64,000 nt of DNA from an uncultured Planctomycetaceae bacterium. Lineage in GTDB: Bacteria; Planctomycetota; Planctomycetia; Isosphaerales; Isosphaeraceae. The notes under the pieces were generated by a model, which saw only the letters and a program-made list of their open reading frames with translations, was not told where the DNA came from and ran no database searches. The translations under genes were made by a program, and so were the position numbers. The stretch lies in NCBI GenBank assembly GCA_963833985.1, contig CAWIAD010000002.1:5248001-5312000 (forward strand). Direction: 5' to 3'. Numbering within the stretch: the first letter of the stretch is position 1; each line of letters opens with the position of its first letter. Below, piece after piece: positions 1 through 9,685 of this stretch.

Positions 1-651
1 ATGGTCGTGATGGCACCTGGCGACGAACACGACATCGAGCCCATGATCGACTTCGCCCTCGCCCATACCTCGCCCACCGCGATCCGCTACCCCCGGGCCA
101 ACCTGGAAGCGGTCGAGCGCGAGCCGCAGCCCATCGAGCTGGGCCAGGCCGAGGTCCTGGAATGGGAGACCGACGGCATGATCCTCTGCTGCGGAGCCAT
201 GCTCGGCTCGTGCGTCCGCGCCGTCGAGGAACTGCGTGAGCAACACGGCCTGCGCGTGGGAGTTGTGAACGCACGGTTCCTCAAGCCGCTGGACCGGTCC
301 ACCGTGTGCAAGGCCGTCGAGGAAGCCACGTTCGTCCTGACCGTCGAGGAAGGCTGCCTGATGGGCGGCTTTGGCTCGGCCGTGCTCGAAGCCGCCAGCG
401 ACGCCGGCATCTCCACCGCCCATGTCCGCCGACTGGGCCTGCCCGACCGGTTCGTGATGCACGCCGAGCGCGACGAGCAGCTTGCCGAGCTGGGCCTCGA
501 CGTCGCCGGCATCGTGCGGTCGGCTGTCGCGCTGGCCCATACAGTCGGGCTCTCGTTGCCCGAACTCGAGGGCGACGCCGAGATCAACGGCTCGCACACC
601 AACGGTGCGGGACCCAAGCCCCCCTCACCTGCTTTATCGGCCAAGAGCTGA
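1..651 (+). CDS. dxs: 1-deoxy-D-xylulose-5-phosphate synthase, C-terminal part (truncated by window start)
   Basis: Transketolase C-terminal motifs AIRYPR, VVNARFLKPLD, LTVEEGCLMGGFGSAVLE, LGLPDRF..H; lies upstream of NAD kinase, a common arrangement. Confidence 0.92.
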   Translation: MVVMAPGDEHDIEPMIDFALAHTSPTAIRYPRANLEAVEREPQPIELGQAEVLEWETDGMILCCGAMLGSCVRAVEELREQHGLRVGVVNARFLKPLDRSTVCKAVEEATFVLTVEEGCLMGGFGSAVLEAASDAGISTAHVRRLGLPDRFVMHAERDEQLAELGLDVAGIVRSAVALAHTVGLSLPELEGDAEINGSHTNGAGPKPPSPALSAKS

Positions 652-922
652 GCGGCCGGCGGGATCTTTCATCGCGCACGCGGGCATTTCACCCCAGTAC
701 CGTTGAAACCACGTTCACCAGAGGGGAGCCAGTGGTTCGCGACAGACTGGTTCCCGCGCGGAGCGTGTGAACGAGGACCAAGGAAGGGGATGCCCTCGCG
801 TCCCGTGGTCTCTTCGCCGTTGTCAGAACGCTCTCGATCGGGTGTCATGGAGTCACAGCAGCAGAGCCGGTTGTCCGGATCGCCAGCTGGACCATCATCC
901 CCGGTTGAGGGCCATCGTGCTC

Positions 923-1824
923 ATGGAGCCTTCTTCCTCTCCGCCCGACCGGGCTGAGCCGCTGTCCACACTCCGTTTGATGCTCCTGGGCAACGGCACC
1001 CGTGAAGAGGTTCGTGCGGAAGCCGAGCGGCTGGCCGTGGGGATCGTCTGCGCACGGGCGTGGTCCTGGCCGGTATCGACCTTTCGGCCGACTCGGACCT
1101 CTCGCAACTGCCGGCCGACATTGCAGTCGTGCTGGGCGGTGATGGCACGGTGTTGCACACGGCCAGGCGGATGGATGACCACCCCACGCCCGTGCTGGGC
1201 GTGAATGTGGGCCGGCTGGGCTTCCTGGCCGATCTCACGCCGGCCGCCTTCTTCGAGCGCCTCACGGACCTCGCCGGACGGCGATTCATGGTCGAGAACC
1301 TGATGACCCTGAGCTGCACGCTCACGCCCAGGAAAGGCCCGACGCAGAACTTCCGCGGACTGAATGATGCCGTCCTCCGCGCTGCTCCGTTTTTTCATCT
1401 CATCGAGATCGGCCTCTCGATCGACGGCGAGAGCGTGATGACCTATCGTGGCGACGGCCTGATCCTGGCCACTCCGGTGGGCTCGACCGCACACAGCCTT
1501 TCGGCCGGTGGGCCGATCCTGCCGCCGAACGCGCACATGTTCGTGGTCACGCCGCTCTGCGCGCACACGCTTACCCAGCGCCCGCTGGTGGATAGCGCCC
1601 ACAAGACGTATGACCTGGTTTCTCTGGGCGACGGTGCGGCGACGGTGCTGGTGATTGACGGGCAGGTGCAGATACCCCTCCAGGCCGGTGACCGTGTCAC
1701 CATCCGGCGCGGCAAGACGCCCTTCCCCATGATCCGCCTCCCAGGCTACAGCTTCTACCGGACCCTCCGCGATAAGCTGGGCTGGGGCGCTTACCCCACC
1801 GGTGACCGCGGGCCGCGGTCGTAA
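923..1824 (+). CDS. nadK: NAD(+) kinase (frameshift near 1050)
   Basis: VVLGGDGT, GVNVGRLGFL, LNDAV, GDGLILATPVGSTAHSLSAGGP motifs in ORF 1060-1824; N-terminus (MEPSS..LMLLGNG..) is in the adjacent frame from ATG 923. Confidence 0.92.
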
Positions 1825-2166
1825 GCGGGAAACACGCAGGCCGCGTCCTCACGCCAGGCCGCCATGTGGTGATTGCACAGCGCGCCGTTGCCCGTTGAGA
1901 ACCCTGGCCTAGAGTTCTCGTGGAGGCGAGATCCAGTCTTTTCGCTGGAACTGTTTCGCCCCCTGCGCCGGGGTTTTTCCGTGCCGACAACTTCGTGAGT
2001 CGGCCTGCGAAGCGGACCCCGCTACCACGACGTTCGGTTCAAGGCCCTCACCCCGGCCGGCTCGCTCCGACTCTCCGGAGCAGAGACGCCCCCGGTATCA
2101 GCCGCCCTGCGCGCCGCGAAAACCGATCGGCCCCACGAATCTTGCTCACGCGAGGAGGGAACTCTC

Positions 2167-4096
2167 GTGCCGTTTCGCCGTCCGTCCTGTACACGACGCA
2201 ACTCCAGCAAGCTCCGCCCCGCGCTCTGGACTCTCAAGGAACGGCTCCTGCTGAGCACGGGATACACGGATCTCGCTCTGCCGGCCGGCCCACCGGCGAT
2301 CATCGTCCCGGGCGCCATCCTCGATACCTCGCCGGCCATTCCTGTTGACCCGCCGGACCCCATGATTCCGCTGCCCGCGACGGCTCCCACGGGAACCACC
2401 ACGCCCACGGGCGGCTCGGGCACCAGGTATCCCTTGAGCCTCCCTCCCCGCGCTTTCCAGCCTGCCGGGCGCCCGGGATTCGCTCTACCTGAACTTCACG
2501 GGCGACTTCACGGCCTCGTACGGCAGCTACTACAACATCACGACCCCGGCCTTTGATCAGGATGGCGACCCCACGACCTTCACGGCCTCCGAGCTGGCCT
2601 CGATCCGGACCATCTGGAGCACCGTCGCCGAGGATTACGCGCCATTCAACATCAATGTGACGACCGTTCAGCCGAGCAACATGGCCCATGGGGTCACGGA
2701 GAAGGTGGACATTGGCGGCAATGGGGCGTGGAGCGGGGGAACTTACGGCGGCTATACGTACGTCGGTGATTTCGTGATGACGGCCGTACCGAACATTGCC
2801 TTCGTCTTCTCGGGCAACCTCGCCGACGGCAATGCCCGCTATACAGGCGACGCGTGCTCGCACGAGTCCGGCCACAGCTTTGGACTGCTCCACCAGAGCA
2901 CGTATTCGGGTTCGACGAAGACGGCTGAGTACAGTCTTGGCCCCGGCAACGGCACCGCGCCGCTCATGGGCAATAGCTACGCTGCGGCGCGCAGCCTCTG
3001 GTGGTATGGCCAGGACGACGTGTCATCGACGACTTACCAGGATGACATGGCCGTGATCTCGGGCCCGACCAACGGCTTCGGCTATCGCGCAGAGCCCGCC
3101 GATACCAGCCCCGCCACGGCAACGCCGCTGGTCGCGCAGAGCGGAGGTACGCTGGGCGCATCCGGCCTGATCATTCACACGACAGATACCGATTATTACT
3201 CGTTCACGTCAGCCGGTGGAACCGTGAACTTCACCGTCTCGGTTCCACAGGCCGTCGCCGACCTGGTTCCGAAGGTGGAGCTGCTCGACGCCAGCGGCAG
3301 CAAGGTCATAGCCGCGGGCGGCCCGATCGGATCGAACTTCTCGGCGAGCCTGAGCGTGAATCTGCCGGCAGGCGGCAAGTACCTGCTGCTGGTGACCAGC
3401 AACGGCGGCTACGGGAACGTCGGGCAGTACGCGATCAGCGGCACCGTCGCTGGAACGGGATACACGGGAGGCCAGAGTGCCAGCCAGCCGGCGGCACAGG
3501 CCGTTCAAACGGCCGCCAATCTGGCGGCCACTGCGTCCAGCCCGAGTCAGGTGAACCTGAGCTGGACAGGCGCCGGGGGCGCCACCGGGCTGCTCGTCGA
3601 GCGGACGACGAACTACGTCAACTGGTCCGTCGTGGCGTCGCTGAGCCCGGGCATGACCACCTTTTCCGACGGCAGCGTCACGCCCGGAACGGCGTACGGG
3701 TACGTGATCGTCGCCGTGGGTCTGAACAGTTCCACGGCCGTTTCCACCCCCGCGCTTCTGGTCACACCGGCCCTCCCCACACCGCCGGCGGCCGTCGTGA
3801 GCCTGAGGGCCGTCTCCGTGGCATCCAGGCAGGTGGTTCTGAGCTGGCAACCCGGCTCGGCCAATGCTCAAAGCTATGTGGTCGAACGCACGTCCAACGG
3901 CAGGACGTGGACGAGGGTCGGCAGCCTCTCGGCCAGTACGACCAGCTTCACCGACTCCTCCGTGGCGCCCCTGAAGACTTACGTCTACCGCGTGCGGGCG
4001 TTCAATACGCTCGGTTTCTCCGCGCCCACCCTGCTGCGCGTCAACACGCCGCGCATGGCGCCGTTACGGCTCATCCGCGTCAGCCGGGTACGCTGA
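2167..4096 (+). CDS. Exported zinc metalloprotease (metzincin-like) with PPC-like and two fibronectin type III domains (frameshift near 2440-2490)
   Basis: N-terminal LKERLLLS motif; HESGHSFGLLH zinc motif followed by PLMG Met-turn; DTDYYSF PPC-like segment; two FN3-like repeats (VNLSW...YGYVIVA; VVLSW...YVYRVRAFN). Confidence 0.75.
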
Positions 4097-4234
4097 TTCG
4101 CTTGCTACTGGGAAACCGGCCGCGGACAGTGATCTTCCCCAGGCCCAATGCGGAGCCTTCGTGGTATACTGGATGATCAATCGATCCAGCTCGCCTCGGA
4201 GTCGCGCAAAGTCTCCTTCGTGGGCCATCCTTCC

Positions 4235-4805
4235 ATGACCGGCTTCCGCAAACGACTGGCACAGGCCCTCGTCGCCACCATACTCGCCTGCGCCTTGGGG
4301 TTTGTCATCTGCGGCTGGATGTCAACAAAGGGAAGCTTCTGGGAAAGCATCTGCGTCGCTCTGGTGATTGTGATGCTGGCGTGCATGTTCGGCGCCCTTG
4401 GGCTGGCCGCTGCCACATACATCAAGTTCCGGGGTGAAGTGGAAAACCTGATCGGCCGGACACCGCTCTCGGACGGCGAGTTCATGGCCATGCTGGCTGA
4501 TTCCGGGAGCGTCGACCTGGAACTGGTCAGCCGCATCCGCGCTGGCGGCGCACTACTTTCGATCGCTCGGAGGCGATCGCTTTTACCCCGACGACCGCCT
4601 GATGGAAGACCTTCACCTCTTCGACCTGGCCCCGTTTGGCTGGGAGAAATTCTGCGCCGGGCTCGAGGAGTCGCTGGGCCTGGAGAATGAACAGCTCGAG
4701 CAGCGCATGCAGGCGCAGCACGTCACGACCTTTGGAGACATCATCCTGGTGGCTGCATCGTTCGTCGGGCGGGAACGGGAGGGACTGCAAGTCGTCGATC
4801 CGTAG
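4235..4805 (+). CDS. Hypothetical membrane protein, two TM helices plus ACP-like C-terminal domain (frameshift near 4540)
   Basis: ORFs 4148-4690 and 4602-4805 join if a GC dinucleotide is restored at CGCATCCGCGCTGGCG (RIRALAAHY); two hydrophobic N-terminal segments. Confidence 0.55.
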
Positions 4806-4899
4806 CACGTAGCAATTCCTAAGGATGTCCCGGCTCGCACGTTACAGGGATGGAGTTTTGCAGCGTTACTCCGAATTCTCGTGCGCGGAGGATTCTGTC

Positions 4900-5259
4900 A
4901 TGCGAGTCAAACCTGCGGCGGACCTCAATTTTGCCGCGAGCGCCGGGCCGAAACCGAAACCGCGGCCGCGGCTGCAATCGTTCCGCTCTCTGGGTCGGCT
5001 GATGATCTTCGTGGCCTTCAGCGGCCTGGTGCTTGCCGTGGCCGCCCAGCGTCCACAGCCCCGGCCGTTCGGGCCCCGGACCAGGCCCGCCCCGCCAGGC
5101 CCCGTGCCCGGGCCGTGGCTGCCAGGTTCCCCTGACCCGTTTTCCTGGATTTCTCCCGAGGATCGTGCGGTCTGGGTGGCCCCTCGGGGCATCGACGAGG
5201 CCATGATCATCCCGGCCCGCGTGGGCATCGACGAGGCCATGATCGTCCATCCACGGTGA
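4900..5259 (+). CDS. Small hypothetical membrane-anchored protein with duplicated GIDEAMI motif
   Basis: Hydrophobic SLGRLMIFVAFSGLVLAVAA segment, Pro-rich linker, repeated C-terminal motif; start uncertain. Confidence 0.5.
   Translation: MRVKPAADLNFAASAGPKPKPRPRLQSFRSLGRLMIFVAFSGLVLAVAAQRPQPRPFGPRTRPAPPGPVPGPWLPGSPDPFSWISPEDRAVWVAPRGIDEAMIIPARVGIDEAMIVHPR
5188..5244 (+). repeat. 21-nt direct repeat GGCATCGACGAGGCCATGATC, two copies, 36-nt period
   Basis: Identical copies at 5188-5208 and 5224-5244, in frame within the small ORF. Confidence 0.85.
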
Positions 5260-5350
5260 AGTCCCCGAGCGTCACGCCTCGGAAGGACCCATAAGCGCCA
5301 GCGACGGCGTTTGGCATCCTTTCGACCTGCGCGCCCGTCAGCGTGGGCGC

Positions 5351-6300
5351 TCAGCCTTGCGGCCTTGTCCCGGCCACGTTCACGCCGCTGCCGATGATAA
5401 GGTTGTGCTCGTACGCCCAGTCGTAAACCCGCCCGCTCTTCGCCGGGGCAAGCGCATGGATCTCGCTGAAACCTTCCTCCCTGAACCAGGACACCAGCTC
5501 GTCTTCAGTGTGATGCGACTGGTATCGGGGTGCGTACCAGTCGAAGTTATCGCAGACGCGCAGGGTCCAGTCCGGATGGCTCGAAAAGTTCGCGACCTTG
5601 TTGAGCGTCCGGTTCACGACCGGCACGCTGCCGAGCACTCCCAGGCCGGCGCAGAGTGGTTCGAGCACGCGGGCGGGCAGGCGAGACGTGGCCAAGCGCA
5701 AGCCCGAATTGAGCCATTCCTGCGGTCGAGTGTTCTTGCGGTAGAGCCAGACCGCCAGCCTTCCGCCCGGTTTCACCTTGCGGGCAATCTGGGCGAATGC
5801 CTGCCGCGGGTCGGGCGTGTGGTGGAGCACACCGATCGAGAATACCAGGTCGAACGAGGCATCGGCCACGGGCAGATCGAGCAGGCTGGCCTGGACGATG
5901 CAGACGTTCGGAAGCTCGCCGCACAGCGCCGAGGCTTTCTCGACCGCTGCGCTCAGGTCGACGCCGATCACTCGCGCTTGATGGCGGCCGGCGAGCCGGG
6001 TGTAGCGGCCTCCTCCGCAGCCGGCGTCGAGCACCAGCTTGCCGGCAAGATCGCCCGGCGCGACCCCCGTTTTCACCTGGAACATGGCCGCATCTTCGTC
6101 GTCGCGAGCCACGTCGTAGCGGTTCCACTGGCGGCCGAAGCTGTGGGCATAGGTATCGCCCGCCAGGCGCGGCACGCTGTTGACAACGGCATAGCGGGAG
6201 CCGCAAGCTCGACAATGAAGAGCCACGGGCGGTTCCGCGCCCGGGTACAGCGCGCCCGGCATCGAGGGCAGGCAAGTAGCGAGATCAGCTCGTGATTCAT
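5351..6300 (-). CDS. Class I SAM-dependent methyltransferase with Trm112-like N-terminal zinc-ribbon (frameshift near 6250)
   Basis: VLDAGCGGGR motif I, FDLVFSIGVLHH, KPGG; N-terminus MNHELISLLACPRC (frame 6073-6300) and LHCRACGSRYAVVNSVPRL. Confidence 0.8.
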
Positions 6301-6357
6301 GCTCCGGCCTGATGCAAGAGTCGTCGTCGATTACCCCCGCGGTCTGCACGATCCGAA

Positions 6358-7710
6358 TCAGATCTCTCGCCAGACCCCAGCATTACGCAACTGGAGCCTG
6401 ATCACCTCGGTACTGACGCGAAACTCGCTTGCGAGCTCTTGTTGAAGCTCCAATCGTTCGTCGGGCTCCATGTCGCGCCTGGCACGCTCGCAAAGTGCGG
6501 CCTGCGGAGCGAGCAATTCTGCCGCGAAAGCCCTTGTAGCCTGTTGATCCCAGGTGTGGGCACGCGTCACCAAGCGTGCACCCCGGCGGCATCCAAGCAG
6601 AGCATGGTACAGCCCCCTCGACTCCAAGAATCGGGCGCTCTCTGCCTGGGGCGGGCGAGGTCCGGCGATGACGATTTCACCATCTGCGGACCATCCCGCT
6701 GCGGCCAGTACGGCACGTCCCGGCAAGTGATTCTGCGACCTGAACGAGAACGGCATTCCACCCACGGCCCTTGCGACCGATGCAAGATCATCGATTGCCT
6801 CCGTCGGACCCAGCCCGGCGATCTGGCGAATCCGGCGGGCCACATCATAGCCCTGGTCCTTCGCCGTACGGAAGCCTTCGACGGGAGCCAGTCGATCGAT
6901 GGCTCCTGCCCGTAAACCGAACGTGCGCTCCGCGCTTGTGATCCATCGCCACAACTCGACAGCGGACGCTGGCTCCGCGGATTCGAGCAGATCCACCACG
7001 ATGTCGTCGTTCACACGCGACCCGAGGTCCGCGGAGAGGAATTCCACAAGGCCCGGTTCCCAGGTTTCCACTGAAAAAGGATCGAGTCCCATCCGCCCCG
7101 CGGCGCGGCAGAACTCCAGCTCTTCCATGTCCATGTCCGTGATGGCGCTCCAGTCGGCACGTAGCTGGTCGACACGCGGTTCTTCCAGCCCTTCACACCA
7201 CCCAAGCACTTTCGCGACAAACTCGCTCATGCCTGCCATCACATCGCGTGTCTCGAGCGTGGCCTGTCCGTCGTACAAGAAATAGCCGGGCATGCTCGGA
7301 TAGGCAAAAGCATCGTCAGCAAACCATGCAATCGAGGTGGATGGGCCGTTGCTGTAGAAGTGAACATAAGGCAGGAAGAGCCCACTCTCAGCCGACCGCA
7401 AGCAGTGCCGGCGGATCCAGCGGCGCTCAACCGTGGACCAGCGATCGGTTTCGGCCGGAGGTCGGTCGGCTGTGCAAGGCTCGTAAAACAGTGCCCACCA
7501 GTTGCTGACGATCCATCGAGCCAGCGCGAACGCGGGCACGTAAATGGTTTCCGATTCGGCGTTGGCGCGACGGTCCCAGAACTGGGTGACACAACGGCCC
7601 TGGACCACAAGACGCAGCCCGGCCCATGTCCGCCTTTCCAGCAAGTCCGTGGCGGCGGGCTCATCGGTGTGCCAGCAGCTAATAAACACTGATGGTGACA
7701 CGCGGGGCAT
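6358..7710 (-). CDS. Hypothetical protein with C-terminal ImmA/IrrE (M78)-like domain, HExxH degenerate
   Basis: 450 aa intact ORF; C-terminal ARFLESRGLYH...QQATRAFAAELLAP...LASEFRVSTEVIRLQLRN matches the M78 layout RFxxAHELxH...ExxAxxFAAELLMP...LAxxFxVS. Confidence 0.65.
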   Translation of the reverse strand: MPRVSPSVFISCWHTDEPAATDLLERRTWAGLRLVVQGRCVTQFWDRRANAESETIYVPAFALARWIVSNWWALFYEPCTADRPPAETDRWSTVERRWIRRHCLRSAESGLFLPYVHFYSNGPSTSIAWFADDAFAYPSMPGYFLYDGQATLETRDVMAGMSEFVAKVLGWCEGLEEPRVDQLRADWSAITDMDMEELEFCRAAGRMGLDPFSVETWEPGLVEFLSADLGSRVNDDIVVDLLESAEPASAVELWRWITSAERTFGLRAGAIDRLAPVEGFRTAKDQGYDVARRIRQIAGLGPTEAIDDLASVARAVGGMPFSFRSQNHLPGRAVLAAAGWSADGEIVIAGPRPPQAESARFLESRGLYHALLGCRRGARLVTRAHTWDQQATRAFAAELLAPQAALCERARRDMEPDERLELQQELASEFRVSTEVIRLQLRNAGVWREI

Positions 7711-8137
7711 TCCTCAGGAGGTCATGCGGATCTTCTGGCTTTTGAGACTCATACTCCAGCGGAAAGCCATGATACTCTCCATTTCCCTGGTTGGTGAGCC
7801 TTGCTTCGTGGAGCGTTCCATTGATATACGCCCAGGCGCGCGTTGGAAAACCTCGGCGCGGCTCCAGCTGGACACAGGATCGCCGGATCGATTCACGGAG
7901 TGCCTCCTCCAGACGATGCCATTCAGTTGGGTTGAAGCGAGCGCAAACCGCCGTACCGGGCCGGTGCACAGGCTCCCATTCGTGATTCGGGGCCGGGTAG
8001 CTCTTATGCTTTCCGCTTCCTCGATAGCTGACGCGCTCAGCCACCTCCGCGGCGCTCGGTGTGTGATCGCCCCACGGATCAACATGTCCGGGCTTGAAGT
8101 CGTGCTCTGATCGCTGGTAAGACGGACGTCGCGGCAT
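7679..8137 (-). CDS. Hypothetical protein, candidate toxin/nuclease-like
   Basis: 152 aa intact ORF overlapping the next gene; YRGSGKHK and EARLTNQGNGEYHGFP motifs; function inferred only. Confidence 0.6.
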   Translation of the reverse strand: MPRRPSYQRSEHDFKPGHVDPWGDHTPSAAEVAERVSYRGSGKHKSYPAPNHEWEPVHRPGTAVCARFNPTEWHRLEEALRESIRRSCVQLEPRRGFPTRAWAYINGTLHEARLTNQGNGEYHGFPLEYESQKPEDPHDLLRNAPRVTISVY

Positions 8138-8223
8138 GATGCGTTATCGTATAGCGGATGAGACGGAACGGCCAGTCTGAGGATCTCTCTGGAGATGAGG
8201 CGCTCGCGACGATTGGCGGATTC

Positions 8224-9679
8224 ATGAACCACGATGAATCCCGTGAAGGGAGAATTCCCCTGACCTGGTTCGATGGCATCCGCCGTCGCGTGCAAAAATG
8301 GTGCGGCAGCGGCGCGGGGAAGACCTGGATCGTGGCCGTTTCTGGTGGCGGCGACAGCGTAGCTCTCCTTCGTGTGCTTCACCGGCTGGCACCCGAGCTT
8401 GGCCTGACACTCTCGGTCGCCCACCTGGATCATGGTGCACGAGGCGAGGCCTCCCGGGCGGACGCGCTGTTCGTGCAAGAGCTGGCAGCCTCTCTGGGAT
8501 TGACGTGCGACCTTGGCCACTGGCGGCCGACGCGCGGCACACACTTTGAATCCGACGCCCGCCGCGCCCGCTATTCCTGGCTACTGGAAGTTGCGACGGC
8601 GCGCGGCGCTGCGGCCGTCGCGGTCGGGCACACGCGGGATGACCAGGCCGAGACCATCCTCCACCGCATCGTCCGCGGCACCGGCCTGCGCGGGCTTGCC
8701 GGCATGCCGGCGCGGCGCGTCCTGAGCCGGGACCCGCCGGTCAGCCTCGTCCGCCCATTCCTCTCGGTCTCCCGGCAGCAGCTCCGCGCCAGCCTGGAAG
8801 AGCTCGGGCAGCCTTTTCGTGAGGATGCCAGCAACGCCGATCTTTCCAGGACCCGGGCGCGCATTCGCCTGGACCTGTTGCCCCGGCTGGCCCGCGAATA
8901 TAATCCGCGTGCGGCCGAGGCGATCCTCAGGCTGGGCTGGCTGGCCAGTGCAGCGCAGCTTGCCCTGGAAAACCAGCTCATCGAACTGGAGCACGATGCG
9001 GTACGGCGGCTCTCCAGCGAGCGGATCGAGCTGTGCCGGAATCGGCTGCGGCGCTACCCCGTTTTCCTCCGCGCCGAGCTGCTACGGCGCGTCTGGCGGC
9101 AAGCGGGCTGGCCGGAACGGGGAATGTCCGCGACGCGTTGGCGTCGCCTGGCCCTGCACGCGAGGAGCGCACCCGATTGTGCGCCGGGTCGTCGCCGGCG
9201 ATATCGAGCTGACGACGACGGGACCGGAAGACGATCCCGCCGACCGCTTCATTCTGAGGCGGCAGAGGGCCGCCGACCTGCGTGCGTCCGAGCCGGAGCC
9301 AGTCCCTGGTTTGCCTCTGGATATTCCCGGTGCGGTTTGCTGGGAAGGGGGCGAAATCGTGGTGTCGATCGATCCGATCGATGCGTGCGACGAGACGATC
9401 GACCTTGACTGCGTTGTGCCTCCCCTTCTCGTTCGCCGGCCGCTGCCGGGCGACCGCTTCGAGCCGCTGGGGATGTCCGGCCGCGGCATGACGCTGAACG
9501 ACTTCTTTCGCGGCCGGGCCCTCCGGCAGGAAGAACGCAGAGGTACCCCACTGCTCTGCGATGCGGACGGCATCGTGTGGGTGGTCGGCCACCGCATCGC
9601 CGATCGCGTGAAGATCACAGCGGAGACCCGCCGGACGCTCTGCTTGCGGTGGGCAGCCGGAGTGGACCGTGCCCGTTGA
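8224..9679 (+). CDS. tilS: tRNA(Ile)-lysidine synthetase (frameshift near 9170)
   Basis: PP-loop AVSGGGDSVALL, AHLDHG.R, ARRARY, GHTRDDQAETIL, VRPFL, EDASN; C-terminal domain (PGDRFEPLGM...IVWVVGHR) in ORF 8819-9679. Confidence 0.93.
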
Positions 9680-9685
9680 AGCCCA

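Noticed and set aside
6361..8190. GATCTCTC at both flanks of the two-gene cassette as a possible target duplication
   Set aside because: Only 8 nt, one copy lies inside the CDS end, and no integrase or transposase is nearby; compatible with chance.
8224..9679. tilS, nadK and other split genes as true pseudogenes or programmed frameshifts
   Set aside because: These are normally essential genes with intact motifs on both sides and no shared slippery sequence; sequencing error is more parsimonious.
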